A stretch of DNA of 64,000 bases from the IMG/VR virus record IMGVR_UViG_3300021371_000004, positions 35,049-99,048 of that record; one strand, written 5' to 3'. The stretch comes from a virus. The notes under the pieces were generated by a model. It searched no databases, was not told where the DNA came from, and saw nothing but the letters and a program-made list of their open reading frames with translations. Positions 1 through 10,437 of the stretch are shown here, piece by piece (the stretch's first letter is position 1; each line of letters opens with the position of its first letter). The position numbers were made by a program, and so were the translations under genes.

Positions 1-655
1 CCTTTGATTCGGGTACTTCGATGTAAGACTCAACGAACAGTCCTTTCAGACCTTCCATAAAGTTCTCAGCAATCTCGGCACGCAAACCGCTTTCGATAGC
101 AACTTCGTTCTCTGCCATCCAGTTCTCAACAACATAGTTAAGGTAGGAATCGACTTTCTCGACCAACTCTTCAGACTGCGCAGCAGTCTCTTCAGCGAGT
201 TTTTCTTCGTAAGCGGATTCAATTCGCTCGACTTCTTCAGCGAGCTTTGATGCCAATGCTGCTTCAAAGATTACAGCAGTTTTTTCTTTGAACTCTTCTG
301 AAAGAGTTGCTTCGGAATCAACCAGAGCACCCAATTCATCAGAAACAAAGTCATCTACATCTTCAGCAACGAGGTCATCATCGGAAAGATCAACGTCTTC
401 GCCCATGATAGCACCGTATGAAGCGGCAAGATCTACCTTCTTCATACCGCTCAACTTACCGTAAGCGGCAGCGAGCATTGCGCCTTTAGTCTTTGGCATT
501 GGTTCACTGTTACGCTTGTCGCCCTTACGTGCTGGTGCTTGCTTAGTAGCATCACCTGCTTTATCAGTAGCGGCAACAGATTGCGCTTCAGCGTTCTTCA
601 TGTCATGTCCTTCTGCGACGTCATCATGAAGTTCTACACTATTTTCTTCATCCAT
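1..655 (-). CDS. gp22: Prohead core scaffold protein (partial, runs off window)
   Basis: Manual translation from ATG at 655 (MDEENSVELHDDVAEG...) with AAGGAG RBS. Acidic, coiled-coil-like sequence directly downstream of gp21. Confidence 0.88.
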   Translation of the reverse strand, partial: MDEENSVELHDDVAEGHDMKNAEAQSVAATDKAGDATKQAPARKGDKRNSEPMPKTKGAMLAAAYGKLSGMKKVDLAASYGAIMGEDVDLSDDDLVAEDVDDFVSDELGALVDSEATLSEEFKEKTAVIFEAALASKLAEEVERIESAYEEKLAEETAAQSEELVEKVDSYLNYVVENWMAENEVAIESGLRAEIAENFMEGLKGLFVESYIEVPESK

Positions 656-667
656 AATGGACTCCTT

Positions 668-1333
668 TTATAAGGTTTCTTTTAAAGACGAGAGGAAATT
701 TTTGAACTCACGAGTCTGTTCAGCATACGAATATGTCCGTACAGAAGGAGTAACGATTTCAGTCTCTTGTTCTTCACATATTTCCTGAGCGACCAAGATT
801 CCTTTGCTCCACACCCAATCAACGCCTTCCATAATTCCATTAACGAAAGCATTTGGTGCTGATGGATCTTGTACAATATCTATTGTACTTAAAGCAAAGT
901 CTTCTCCGACATACGAGGCACCGCCACGTTGCTCAAGACTACCCATACCACGAGTTGAGACACCAAGGTTGACACCGCCCTCAAGCAAACCCTTTACGAT
1001 TCTGCCCATAGGAGTATCTAATATTGATGCCTTTCCGATCACATCATTACCTTCAAAATGAAGATCAGTGATGAGATGCGAAACTTTGTCGAGGTTGACT
1101 GTTGGACCTTCGGGATGGTTCAACTCGCCAACTGCTCGGTTTTTTGAAACTTGTTCTGTAACGTACTTATCAACGGCAGACTTCATAGTTTTCTTCGGGT
1201 AGATTCGCCCGTTTCTATTCTTCTGCTCTGACTGTGCAAATACGCCTTCGATCTTGAAAGACTTTTCGCCTTTCTCGTTCTTTTCAACGATACATTCAAT
1301 ATTGCTTTCGTTGAACTCAGTAATAAGTTTCAT
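668..1333 (-). CDS. gp21: Prohead protease
   Basis: KNRNGRIYP, GELNHP and GVSTRGMGSL motifs; T4 synteny. Confidence 0.96.
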   Translation of the reverse strand: MKLITEFNESNIECIVEKNEKGEKSFKIEGVFAQSEQKNRNGRIYPKKTMKSAVDKYVTEQVSKNRAVGELNHPEGPTVNLDKVSHLITDLHFEGNDVIGKASILDTPMGRIVKGLLEGGVNLGVSTRGMGSLEQRGGASYVGEDFALSTIDIVQDPSAPNAFVNGIMEGVDWVWSKGILVAQEICEEQETEIVTPSVRTYSYAEQTREFKNFLSSLKETL

Positions 1334-1533
1334 TAAAACAATTCCTTGATTGCTGCCTCGATAGATTTAACAGCGTCCTTTTCAGAACGGAAGGTGTCGA
1401 GGAGGTCACCATCAATGTAAGCATCAAAACCTTTTTGGGTCTTGTATACAGCACAAGTTACTTTCTTGTGCTTCTTGGTGTATACAACTTTGCCCTTTGG
1501 GGTTTTGTTCCTAAATTCTGAGAAGTATTTCAT
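1333..1533 (-). CDS. Small basic hypothetical protein in head operon
   Basis: 66-aa ORF coupled to gp21 (TAATG overlap) with a late promoter just upstream. Confidence 0.75.
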   Translation of the reverse strand: MKYFSEFRNKTPKGKVVYTKKHKKVTCAVYKTQKGFDAYIDGDLLDTFRSEKDAVKSIEAAIKELF

Positions 1534-1539
1534 ACCTTT

Positions 1540-1547
1540 TATTTATA
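1540..1547 (-). promoter_or_regulatory. T4-type late promoter TATAAATA
   Basis: Exact consensus 6 nt upstream of ATG 1533. Confidence 0.8.
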
Positions 1548-1553
1548 CCGATT

Positions 1554-2000
1554 CTATTCTTCAGTGTCATCGTCAGAAAGAATATCAGAAATATCTTCTT
1601 CTGCTTCTTCTTCGCCGTAGATGCCAAGTTCGTCTTCGACTTCTTCGTGCTCATCTTCGGGAAGTTCTAAGTCAGTTTCTGCTTCCAATTCTGCTTCGAA
1701 GTCAGTCTCTGCTTCTACTTCGTCGTCTACTTCTGCTTCAACTTCAGCGTCAAACTCTTGTTCGAACTGATCAGAAAAATCTTCTTCGGCATCGTCTTCG
1801 ACTTCTTCTGCTTCGGACTCGCCGTTGTAGACTTCTCCAGCAATTCGAATCTTTTCTTGCTCAAGGGCATCATCTATCCTTCCTGCCATCAGGTCGGCAA
1901 AGATCTGTCCTGTTTGGTGACCTTCGCCATTCTTAATTGAATGTAGCAGGTCATCGATGCTCGGGGTAACAACTTCCACGTCCAGTGTATCGTCGCTCAT
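1554..2000 (-). CDS. Highly acidic protein, gp67-like prohead core position
   Basis: Very D/E-rich; lies between portal and protease genes. Confidence 0.7.
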   Translation of the reverse strand: MSDDTLDVEVVTPSIDDLLHSIKNGEGHQTGQIFADLMAGRIDDALEQEKIRIAGEVYNGESEAEEVEDDAEEDFSDQFEQEFDAEVEAEVDDEVEAETDFEAELEAETDLELPEDEHEEVEDELGIYGEEEAEEDISDILSDDDTEE

Positions 2001-2043
2001 AATAATCTCCAGTTAAATGTTACAGATTTATATAGGTTGGTTC

Positions 2044-3603
2044 TTATTGATCGTCTTCGCCAGCATCTGGGTCAACTTCGCCAGATTCTATCTCAGAAGC
2101 GATCTGCTTTTTCATTTCTTCGTTTTCTACATCATTGAATCGGAAGATGTTTTTCATTACCCAATCTTTACTCAGGTACTCACCAACATACTGTGATGCT
2201 TGGTCGACCAATTGAAGTCGTTGCGCGAGAACCTCGGCATCCTTCAACTCGGTGTAGTGGTTGTCTTTGTAAAAATCAACAGACACTCGGTTGTGGAAAA
2301 GTTCTTTCCAATCTGAGTCAGTGATAACACCACGCAGTATAAGTTGTTGCCGTAGTATATGCAAGAACAACTTGGAGAAGCGTGTGCGCAATCTGGTAAT
2401 GAATTTTTGAAACTTAATTTCTTCTCGGTTAATTTCCGTGGCGCGACCCAAAGAGTATGCCGATTCCTGCTCAAGGCGGGAAACAGGCACATTCAATGCT
2501 TGGTACACTTTTCGTTGGAAGTATTTGACGTCATCAATCTCGCCAAGGTTACTGCCACCTGGAAGTGTAGTCACTTCAGTACCACGACCACCTTCACGGC
2601 GAGGCAACCAGAAGTCGTCCAGCATAGACATATGCTTGCGCTGGTCTTTTAGTTCGCCAGTTGCTTGGTCGTAAACCAGTTTGTTGCGGTAGCGAGTCAT
2701 CAAGGAGTTAACATACTCCTCAGACTTACCCTTGGGCAGGTTGCCCGTATCAACGTAGAAGATTCGACGCTCTGGCGCACGTGCTAAACGATAGATGATA
2801 AGAGAGTCTTCCATCATGCGCAGTTGATTGATTGGGCGCATTGCTTTGTGTAGGTGAGAGACGACCCTTGCTCTGGTTTCATCGAGTAGACCAGAAGTGA
2901 CATAGGAAACGGAGTCGGTACTTAACCGAACGCTGGTGTTCTGGGCATCATGTTGCGCCACTGCACCTTTCTTTGATTGATTAGCAGCTTTCTCGTTGAA
3001 GATGAAAAACTCTTCAACTCGGTCAACAACCTTCACGCCATCTGGGTTCGTCTTTTTCTTGACGTTCTTGACCTTACGGATTTTGAGAGAGTCGATGTGT
3101 CGAATTTCTTTGATGCCTTCGGATTGTTTGGTAGAATCCACAACAAGGTGGTGGTATAGTCTACCGTCAACATACCAAGAACGGAAAATGTCATGAGCAC
3201 GTTCTTCGAAAGAAAGAAGGTTGAGAACTCCTTCGAATTCTTCAACAACCTTTGTTTTTATTTTGGGCGAAACTTTTACATCATCCAAATTGATGTTAAC
3301 AAGTGCTTCGTTTTCTGGGACAACGATTGCTTCGTTCACTATCTCTTCGATTGCCATATCCACTTCGGGGTGGGCAGCATTCATTCGATATTTTTTTATC
3401 AGGTCTGTTTGATCTTTGAAATTGAGGTCGGCATAGATGTCCATGTGCATGCCGTAGTGAAATGATGGTGACGTAACATATCCTGCTCCATCATCGTCTG
3501 TGGGTGGAACGACGGATGCTGACGCTTGAGGAGTAATTGCTTCCTTGTCTTTCTTCGAGCGTTGAATCTCGAATCCAAACAATTTAATTCCATTATCTGC
3601 CAT
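2044..3603 (-). CDS. gp20: Portal vertex protein
   Basis: YRLARAPERRIFYVDTGNLP and DFWLPRREGGRGTEVTTLPG motifs. Confidence 0.98.
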   Translation of the reverse strand: MADNGIKLFGFEIQRSKKDKEAITPQASASVVPPTDDDGAGYVTSPSFHYGMHMDIYADLNFKDQTDLIKKYRMNAAHPEVDMAIEEIVNEAIVVPENEALVNINLDDVKVSPKIKTKVVEEFEGVLNLLSFEERAHDIFRSWYVDGRLYHHLVVDSTKQSEGIKEIRHIDSLKIRKVKNVKKKTNPDGVKVVDRVEEFFIFNEKAANQSKKGAVAQHDAQNTSVRLSTDSVSYVTSGLLDETRARVVSHLHKAMRPINQLRMMEDSLIIYRLARAPERRIFYVDTGNLPKGKSEEYVNSLMTRYRNKLVYDQATGELKDQRKHMSMLDDFWLPRREGGRGTEVTTLPGGSNLGEIDDVKYFQRKVYQALNVPVSRLEQESAYSLGRATEINREEIKFQKFITRLRTRFSKLFLHILRQQLILRGVITDSDWKELFHNRVSVDFYKDNHYTELKDAEVLAQRLQLVDQASQYVGEYLSKDWVMKNIFRFNDVENEEMKKQIASEIESGEVDPDAGEDDQ

Positions 3604-3631
3604 CTTGTTTTCCTGTGTTGTGATATAATAT

Positions 3632-3663
3632 AAAAAAGCAGGAGGAGTTTCCTCCTCCTGCTT
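3632..3663 (-). terminator. Intrinsic terminator after gp19
   Basis: GCAGGAGGAG-GAAA-CTCCTCCTGC stem followed by T6 on the minus strand. Confidence 0.9.
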
Positions 3664-3686
3664 CTACTTATAACGACTCTCCAACC

Positions 3687-4226
3687 TTAGTTGGTGTTGT
3701 CGTTTGTCCAGTAGTCGTACTCAACCGTAACGGTGAACTGCTCAATCTCGCCTACCTGAGAGTAGTCGAGGTCGATAGCAGAAACGTTTACAGGGAAGCA
3801 GTTTTTCAAGAAGTAAGTCTTGACACCGCGACCTGCTTGATCGAGTTGAATGACTTCCATATTAGAAGCATACGTCCCGAAACCAGCGTTATTAGATTGA
3901 ATGCCAACGTTTCCGGCATGAGTATTCATGCCGTCCATCCATGCTTCAAAAGCATCTCGAACTTGGAAGTCAGTGTCATTATAGACAGTGATTGTCCAAG
4001 GTTCAAACGTTCGGTCACCCGCCAGTTTGACGATACGCCCACGGAAAGGGACTTCAACAGGGTTGATTGTGGATGCAGGCAGTTGCGCTGCACGACACAT
4101 GAAGTTGGTTATTTCTTTGCTTCCGCCAGAGTATCCTGGGAAACTAACATTAACCTCGAACATGTTCGAGCGTGCACCGCCACCGGTCAACTTACCTTTG
4201 AAGTCATCTACGCGTAAAATTGCCAT
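3687..4226 (-). CDS. gp19: Tail tube protein
   Basis: GGGARSNMFEV and FRGRIVKLAGDRTFEPWTITVYND motifs. Confidence 0.97.
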   Translation of the reverse strand: MAILRVDDFKGKLTGGGARSNMFEVNVSFPGYSGGSKEITNFMCRAAQLPASTINPVEVPFRGRIVKLAGDRTFEPWTITVYNDTDFQVRDAFEAWMDGMNTHAGNVGIQSNNAGFGTYASNMEVIQLDQAGRGVKTYFLKNCFPVNVSAIDLDYSQVGEIEQFTVTVEYDYWTNDNTN

Positions 4227-4249
4227 CTTAATATCTCCTTAGATGATTT

Positions 4250-6040
4250 CTATGAAAGCGTACCAATCACTTCTTCAAAATCAAGTCCGGCGCGAGTAGC
4301 GACAAAGTTGAGAGTGATGAAGTTGATTGCGTAAGCAGGTTTGATGAATACAGAAGCAACCAGTTCATTGCGCGCACGCACTTCTTCTGTGTTGTTTCTT
4401 GCGTCGCACTGAACGTAGAATTCTTCGATACCGCGACGTGCTTGGATCTCACGAAGAAGTGGTTCGACGATTGCTACAAACTCAGAGCGGGTGAATTCAT
4501 CGTTAAACTCGAACATAAAGTTACGAGCAGCGAGCGCGACAGATTTCTCGACCGCGAGGAACAAACGACGAACATTGATGCGATCGAACGCACTTGCTCG
4601 TGATTGCTTAGTCTTGTCTCCGAACAACAGGATACCGCGACCACTGAATTGGACAATGGGGTTTACATTGGCCTTATACAGCGTGTCTCGTTGCGCCTTG
4701 GTAGGAGAGTATGCGATGGAAGTGGCACCGAGGTATTCGCCTCGACGTTCTCCAGCAGGAGAGTACCATGGTCCGTAATTAGCATCAGTAGCAGCAAGCA
4801 GACCAGCAGTACTGGAAGCAGCAGGTACATAGATGTAATTGTCGTTGTACTTATCGTATACACGCAGATAGTTGTTATCAACTATCAGATAGGAACCAGC
4901 AGTTCCGCCTGGAAACTGATTGGTGGTTGCGAGGGTAGATGTAACAGGATCGGTATTGCCTACCACTGCTGCGCGATCAGGGGAAGCCACAACAACGCAG
5001 TCTTTGCGGGTTGCAGATGCGATTCCAGTCAGGTCATTGACAACAGTTACCTGCTCTTCGGAATTAGGCATTCCTGGAGCAATGAGTATTTGTACGTCAA
5101 TTTCGTCTTGGTTCTCGAAGTTGTTGAATGCCTGCGTGTAGTCTGCTGCAACAAGTCCAGTGCTGTTTTTCCCGTTAGACAGAGAAACCTCAGCAGAGTC
5201 CAGAGATGTGTAGAAAACGTTCTGGGCATAGTCCTTAGTTCCTGATGGTTCGGTGCCCCAGTTGGAACCATATATCATGACGTCAGAATCGAAGTCGCCG
5301 AAACGGATGTACTTAGAAGAGTTGTTGATAACAGATCCAAGGTAGTTGTCACCGTTGTCTACTGTCTTTGCGCCCTTCGCAACAGAAACGAATGGGAATA
5401 CTTCCAAAACAGAACCAACTGTTCCAGATATTGCCCCGTCCTCGTCAATTACCGCAACGTGAACTTCGTCATTGGTTATGGTTCCTGCGGGGAATTTCTC
5501 TGATGCCCAGGAACTGGTTCCTGGCTGCGCATCGAAGTTGGCACCGTATGCCCAAGTGTTGAAGTTGTTGACAGTTTCTTGGGAGTTCGCAGAATCTCCT
5601 GACTGAATCGAGAAAATAGAAACTTTCAAAGAGTTGCCCAGAATACCTGGATATTTCGCAATGAACATTTCTGAACTCGTGGCGGTTTCCCACTGTTCGT
5701 CGTTGTAAACCTCTTGGGTAGAAGAACCACTGACGCTGTTATATGCGCGGTTAATTGGAACTGCTGATGAAGTTGTCACTTGTCTGTTTACGATAAGGTT
5801 TCCGGAGTAACGCAGGTACTGCGCAGCAGAGAAGTAGTCAACAGCGTTGAATTCATTCGGAGTTCCGAATACTTCAGCAAGTTGTGCTTCGTCTTGAATG
5901 CGAGTGGGTACGTCTACTGGTCCCCAGTTAAAATCTCCAACCATACCGGACAAAGAAGTTTCGACATTTGGCCCAACGCCAGTGAGGTCGATTTCTTTAA
6001 CAACGATTGCTGGAGAAACTGATGGTGTTGTAAGTGCCAT
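4250..6040 (-). CDS. gp18: Tail sheath protein
   Basis: SPAIVVKEIDLT, WGPVD and SAFDRINVRRLF motifs. Confidence 0.97.
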   Translation of the reverse strand: MALTTPSVSPAIVVKEIDLTGVGPNVETSLSGMVGDFNWGPVDVPTRIQDEAQLAEVFGTPNEFNAVDYFSAAQYLRYSGNLIVNRQVTTSSAVPINRAYNSVSGSSTQEVYNDEQWETATSSEMFIAKYPGILGNSLKVSIFSIQSGDSANSQETVNNFNTWAYGANFDAQPGTSSWASEKFPAGTITNDEVHVAVIDEDGAISGTVGSVLEVFPFVSVAKGAKTVDNGDNYLGSVINNSSKYIRFGDFDSDVMIYGSNWGTEPSGTKDYAQNVFYTSLDSAEVSLSNGKNSTGLVAADYTQAFNNFENQDEIDVQILIAPGMPNSEEQVTVVNDLTGIASATRKDCVVVASPDRAAVVGNTDPVTSTLATTNQFPGGTAGSYLIVDNNYLRVYDKYNDNYIYVPAASSTAGLLAATDANYGPWYSPAGERRGEYLGATSIAYSPTKAQRDTLYKANVNPIVQFSGRGILLFGDKTKQSRASAFDRINVRRLFLAVEKSVALAARNFMFEFNDEFTRSEFVAIVEPLLREIQARRGIEEFYVQCDARNNTEEVRARNELVASVFIKPAYAINFITLNFVATRAGLDFEEVIGTLS

Positions 6041-6119
6041 TTTTGTTTCCTCGTTTTCGATCGAAAAATTATATGTTACATGATAAGTATGACACTCGCC
6101 ATCGAGCGTTCAATGTTCT

Positions 6120-6127
6120 TATTTATA
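6120..6127 (-). promoter_or_regulatory. Late promoter for gp18-gp19
   Basis: Exact TATAAATA in the intergenic region. Confidence 0.85.
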
Positions 6128-6143
6128 CTCCCCAGCATTTACG

Positions 6144-7775
6144 CTAAAATTCTCGGTCGTACATGCTCCAAGGATCGAGTTTTTCTTCGTATGTAATTTC
6201 TTCTACAGGGTCTGGGCGGAAACCAAATGGCGGGACATCCTCTTCAATTTCCTGCATCCTTTGGTCAAACATCATCTTCTTTATGTTAATGTCTGTGAGT
6301 TCTTGGAAGAATGTGGTACTTGTCAAGTAACCAAGCAACACAAAGTTCATCACGAGGTCGTCGTGGTTTCCGGGGGATGCTTCATATGAAGCACCCTTGA
6401 CCTCAAATGTGGATATTTCAAGTATAGTATTCTCGTCGACAATGTCGAGTTTGTTTGTTTCCATCAGGTCTTTGAATCCGGAGCAACCTATCCTTTTTGT
6501 TCTGCGGGTCATCTCTACACCAACTCCGCTGGACTTGGTCATGGACTCCATGTGGACGTTTTCATATTCCATCTCATGATAGATTCCATTACAAACCAAG
6601 GCACCTGCATCGTTTGATTCTATGACGACATATGCAGTGTTGTAGGAATTCGCCCACTTATAAATAATGTCAGGAAAGAGCAACGGAGAGATAAGATTGT
6701 TGCGATAGACAGCGACCTGCTTGAATGGTCTGCTACTGATATCGACTACGTTAAACGTACTAAAATCCTGCCCCCTTCCTTTTGCAACGTCAACGCACAT
6801 GACGTATTGCGACCCCTTACGAGGTTCATCGTACACAAGTAGGTCACCGCCTTCTAGTATCTTGATTGGTCTGGAAGTCTTCAGGTTCAACAGAGTTTCT
6901 GGATTGATTAGCGTATCCCCTGTCCCAAAGAACGTATTACCAAACTCTTGGTCAAACTGAATCTGTGAAGTGTTCGCAATGGTCTCTTGCTTCCATGCTT
7001 CATCTCTCCCAGGAACGTCCCACCAATCTACCCTGAATGGTTTGAATTCATTTACTCCCTGAACTGCACCCTCCCATATCTTATGGAATGGATTGCCGAT
7101 ACCATTGGCAGTTGATGTTACGATAACCTTGGTGTTCTTACCAGAAGATACAACAGGATATGTTGACGTGTAGAACTCTGCTGCCTTTTCGACGAAAGCA
7201 AACTCATCCATGAACAGCAGGTTAACAGACTGACCCCGAATAGAGGAACCAGAAGTCGCGGCAGCAAATACTTTTGAGTTGTTACTAAACTCGATCGTGC
7301 CTTTGTTCAGACTCTTACAACCTGGCTGAAGAAAGAATGGAAGGTTCTCAAGCATCAGGGTTATACGAGAGAGCATCTCCCGAGCAGTAGCACCTTTGTT
7401 CGCAACGATGGCAATGTTTTGTTCAGTGTGGAATATGGCATACCAAAGTATGAACCCGACAGAAGAAATAGACTTACCAGATTGGCGGCAAGCAAGGATA
7501 ACAGAGAACCTGTTATTCATGAAGTGGTCAAACATCTTCTCTTGGTATGGGTACAGGTCAAAGGGAACCAGACCATCATTCAAGTTGATAACCTTCAGAT
7601 ATGTCCTCGCAAAGTATGCAGGGTCGGACATGCACTTGGCATATTCCGAAACCATGTCCTTGGTCCAATCCTCCTCAACACCGTCTTTCTTTACATGTGG
7701 GTTGGCAAGATAGTGGGTGTCGGGTTTTAGTTTGGAATCAGGTATCTGTGCTATCTGTAGGGGTGATGTGCTCAT
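6144..7775 (-). CDS. gp17: Terminase large subunit
   Basis: Walker A RQSGKS, Walker B LLFMDEFAF, nuclease motifs VDVAKGRG and HDDLVM; no intein visible. Confidence 0.98.
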   Translation of the reverse strand: MSTSPLQIAQIPDSKLKPDTHYLANPHVKKDGVEEDWTKDMVSEYAKCMSDPAYFARTYLKVINLNDGLVPFDLYPYQEKMFDHFMNNRFSVILACRQSGKSISSVGFILWYAIFHTEQNIAIVANKGATAREMLSRITLMLENLPFFLQPGCKSLNKGTIEFSNNSKVFAAATSGSSIRGQSVNLLFMDEFAFVEKAAEFYTSTYPVVSSGKNTKVIVTSTANGIGNPFHKIWEGAVQGVNEFKPFRVDWWDVPGRDEAWKQETIANTSQIQFDQEFGNTFFGTGDTLINPETLLNLKTSRPIKILEGGDLLVYDEPRKGSQYVMCVDVAKGRGQDFSTFNVVDISSRPFKQVAVYRNNLISPLLFPDIIYKWANSYNTAYVVIESNDAGALVCNGIYHEMEYENVHMESMTKSSGVGVEMTRRTKRIGCSGFKDLMETNKLDIVDENTILEISTFEVKGASYEASPGNHDDLVMNFVLLGYLTSTTFFQELTDINIKKMMFDQRMQEIEEDVPPFGFRPDPVEEITYEEKLDPWSMYDREF

Positions 7776-8124
7776 ACTCTGCTGTCACTTCTTTCTCATT
7801 GTTTACATCTTGCAGCATTCGTTGCAAGTCAGTGGTGGAACCAATGAAGACATTGGTTTGTCCAGCGGGGAGTTCTTTTGGTTTTGGGGCATCTTCTTTT
7901 TCGAGATCTTTCTTCTGTTGTTGTAGTCTCAACAACTGGTTGGAAACATCAGCGGTGTCCTTCATTAGTTTAGCAAGGACTTCATATGCACGAGGGTGTT
8001 CGGATTCCTTGGCGACCTCGAGCATCTCCTCCATACCCTCACGACCTTTACAGATCATATCGTATAGAGTTTCTCGGGCAAACTCGTAATCATTTTCCTT
8101 GTCGCCGTTTTCTTTACTCATCAC
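7738..8124 (-). CDS. gp16: Terminase small subunit
   Basis: DYEFARETL, HPRAYEV and VFIGSTTDLQRML motifs. Confidence 0.94.
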   Translation of the reverse strand: MMSKENGDKENDYEFARETLYDMICKGREGMEEMLEVAKESEHPRAYEVLAKLMKDTADVSNQLLRLQQQKKDLEKEDAPKPKELPAGQTNVFIGSTTDLQRMLQDVNNEKEVTAEYEHITPTDSTDT

Positions 8125-8133
8125 AAAACCTTA

Positions 8134-8930
8134 TCACGTAAATGGATGTGGCACGTATTGATCGCTATCAATTATTTCTGTAGTTATCGTATAGTCTGAA
8201 TCAGGAGAAACTGGACTGGGGTCGGTCGACAACTTAATCGTCTCGGTATAGTCAGAATCTCTGGGAGAATCGCCATCCATATTATATAGGTCGATGTCTA
8301 TCCGGTTGATGATCGCGGTGTCGTCTGCTTTCGGTCCATAGAAATTGACTTTCATATCAAACTGTAGAGTGTATATGATAGTCCTTCTAGACTCCATGGC
8401 ACCTTCGAAGTCGTCGCTGAATACAACTGATTGTAGTATAACAGGGACATCTTCTACGATGTCAACACCATCGACAGGTTTGACTGAAAGCGTATACTGG
8501 GGAGCAAAGTATGGAAGTATCTGCTCAACAACCTGCAACGCATCGTCGTGTTGTTTGGCATATATGCTCAACTCAAAAGAAATTATATATGGAGTTGGCG
8601 TATAAAAATTCTTTCCGGTTCCAGCAGTATCTCCAGGTTTACAAAAGGTGTTCATCTTCGGCAACTGGCGTTGTGGGTCATATTGCATGTTGACGATCTC
8701 AAAAGACATGCGTGGTAATTTTATCGCCAGTTGCCTTTCGTTATCTTCTCCATTATTCATCTCAGCAATACGCTCGAGGAATTTGCGCTGGGGGCATATG
8801 CCAGAGGAACCTTCATCTGGTCATAAGTAGTGCTACCCTTTTTGCGAATTATATAAAGGTTATTGAACATCGCGCCAAATATAGCAACAGACTTTCTGAC
8901 ACGCTCATTATAGAAATGGTCGCCAAAAAT
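8134..8930 (-). CDS. gp15: Tail sheath stabilizer/completion protein, split in two frames at a C5 run (8790-8794); apparent ATT start
   Basis: N-part FGDHFYNERVRKSVAIFG...KVPLAYAP continues in the -1 frame as QRKFLERIAEM...KLPRMSFEI and QVVEQILPYFAP. Confidence 0.88.
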
Positions 8931-8934
8931 TGTA

Positions 8935-9546
8935 CTACCCTCCTCTTCCGAACGACCAACCAAGACTCAATCTTGCTTCCCATTCTTCCTTCGATACTTT
9001 CTGTGACTTATTATTCAGATACATCCACTTCTGCCCAATTCGTTTCTTCTTGAACTCTGGGTCTGCCCATCGCTTCAGGGCAGCGGTCTTGTAGTTGGTT
9101 GTGTCATCTGGTTTCGAGTATGTTATCTTACCTTCACGATGTGCTTTAGTCAGATTATAGCGAGAACTTTCCCTCTTACGCTCCTTTGATTCTTCGCTCC
9201 AGTCTGCGAATGCTCTTCGGTTTTCAAGATTCTTTATACGATCAAACGCAACCACAGGTATGGCAATGTTGTCTGTGTGGTTCAGGTAGTTGACGTTCTT
9301 GACAAGACCTGCTCGTTTTATAACAGAGCATTCGTGTTGTCTCGCCTTGTCGGTATCTTCACCAAACGTCTTACGAATATCTATAACTTCTGGTGCTCCA
9401 TGCTTCTCTGCATATGCCTGCACGTGCTTCGATGAGGTGAAGTAATTCTTCCACAACTCAGAAGGATCGCAACCCTTGGCGTATCGAACACCATAGTAAG
9501 ACATACCGGTGGACCATCTCAAGAGGTAACAGTAACTGTTCCTCAT
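8935..9546 (-). mobile_element. Free-standing GIY-YIG (Seg-like) homing endonuclease
   Basis: N-terminal YCYLL...YYGVR...YFTSS motif, basic C-terminus ending KWMY...GWSFGR; inserted between the normally adjacent gp14 and gp15. Confidence 0.8.
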
Positions 9547-10436
9547 TATACGATATCTCCGAATGGATTCTGCTCAGAAAAGTCTAAGAACTCCAAGGCA
9601 GAAACGTCGAATGAAGTGACATTGCCATCGGCACCACCAGGACTTGCTGGTTGAATCTCCTGCAACTCTTCAACGAGAGTTGGGGTAGCGGAAACACCAG
9701 ACTCATCCCCCACTACAGCAACAGCAGGAGTCAGTGCCCTATATTCGCCGGTGTTGTTACCGACATGTGCAAGGTACAACTCATTATCCATAGAGTTGAC
9801 AACCTTTCCGGTCACAACATGGTCTGCGTGGGTCTGTGTGATTGTTTCGCCTTTAATAAACCCAGCAGAAGTATCCATGGTCAACTTGTATTGGTACGCT
9901 GCAAATTCTTCTATGTCGTCTATCTCAGGAACACCAGTATCGAAATCAGCATTAGTGTATTCAAACAATTCACAATTCATTCTGAACAGTGGTAGTTTAC
10001 CCAACTGGTAGAATGGGTTCTCGTCCTCAACCTTCATTATCTCGAAAGTTGAACCGCTGAGAGGGACGTGAATCAGATCCCCTTCCCTCGGTCTGTAGTA
10101 TTTTTCTTCTTCCGTTTCTTGGTGCTTTCGTATCTCGTTGTTCCATCTTCGGCGTGCCATAAGCAGGGTTGCTGCGTCACGAATCTCTACGCCAAACTTG
10201 GAGAATAAATCTCCGTCACCATCAAACCCTTCAATGTTTTCGAGGTAGACTTCTATCCTGTATGCATATGCGAATCGAGACAATTCCTCGTCATTGAAAA
10301 TCATATCACGGGAAACAACCTCGCGAGGCAGATAGTATATGTCTGTACCGAAAAACTTGAGAGACTCTACGATTATGTCTTCGTAGAGGTTCTGCTCGGA
10401 GAGAACATTGTGCCGGAAATGTCGGGAAGTCGCCAT
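9546..10436 (-). CDS. gp14: Neck protein
   Basis: YYLPRE, FSKFGVEIRD, RPREGDLI, CELFEY and DFSEQNPFG motifs. Confidence 0.95.
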   Translation of the reverse strand: MATSRHFRHNVLSEQNLYEDIIVESLKFFGTDIYYLPREVVSRDMIFNDEELSRFAYAYRIEVYLENIEGFDGDGDLFSKFGVEIRDAATLLMARRRWNNEIRKHQETEEEKYYRPREGDLIHVPLSGSTFEIMKVEDENPFYQLGKLPLFRMNCELFEYTNADFDTGVPEIDDIEEFAAYQYKLTMDTSAGFIKGETITQTHADHVVTGKVVNSMDNELYLAHVGNNTGEYRALTPAVAVVGDESGVSATPTLVEELQEIQPASPGGADGNVTSFDVSALEFLDFSEQNPFGDIV

Positions 10437-10437
10437 A

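Noticed and set aside
8930-9550. Group I intron around the GIY-YIG ORF
   Set aside because: gp14 ends intact and there is no flanking non-coding space for intron core elements.
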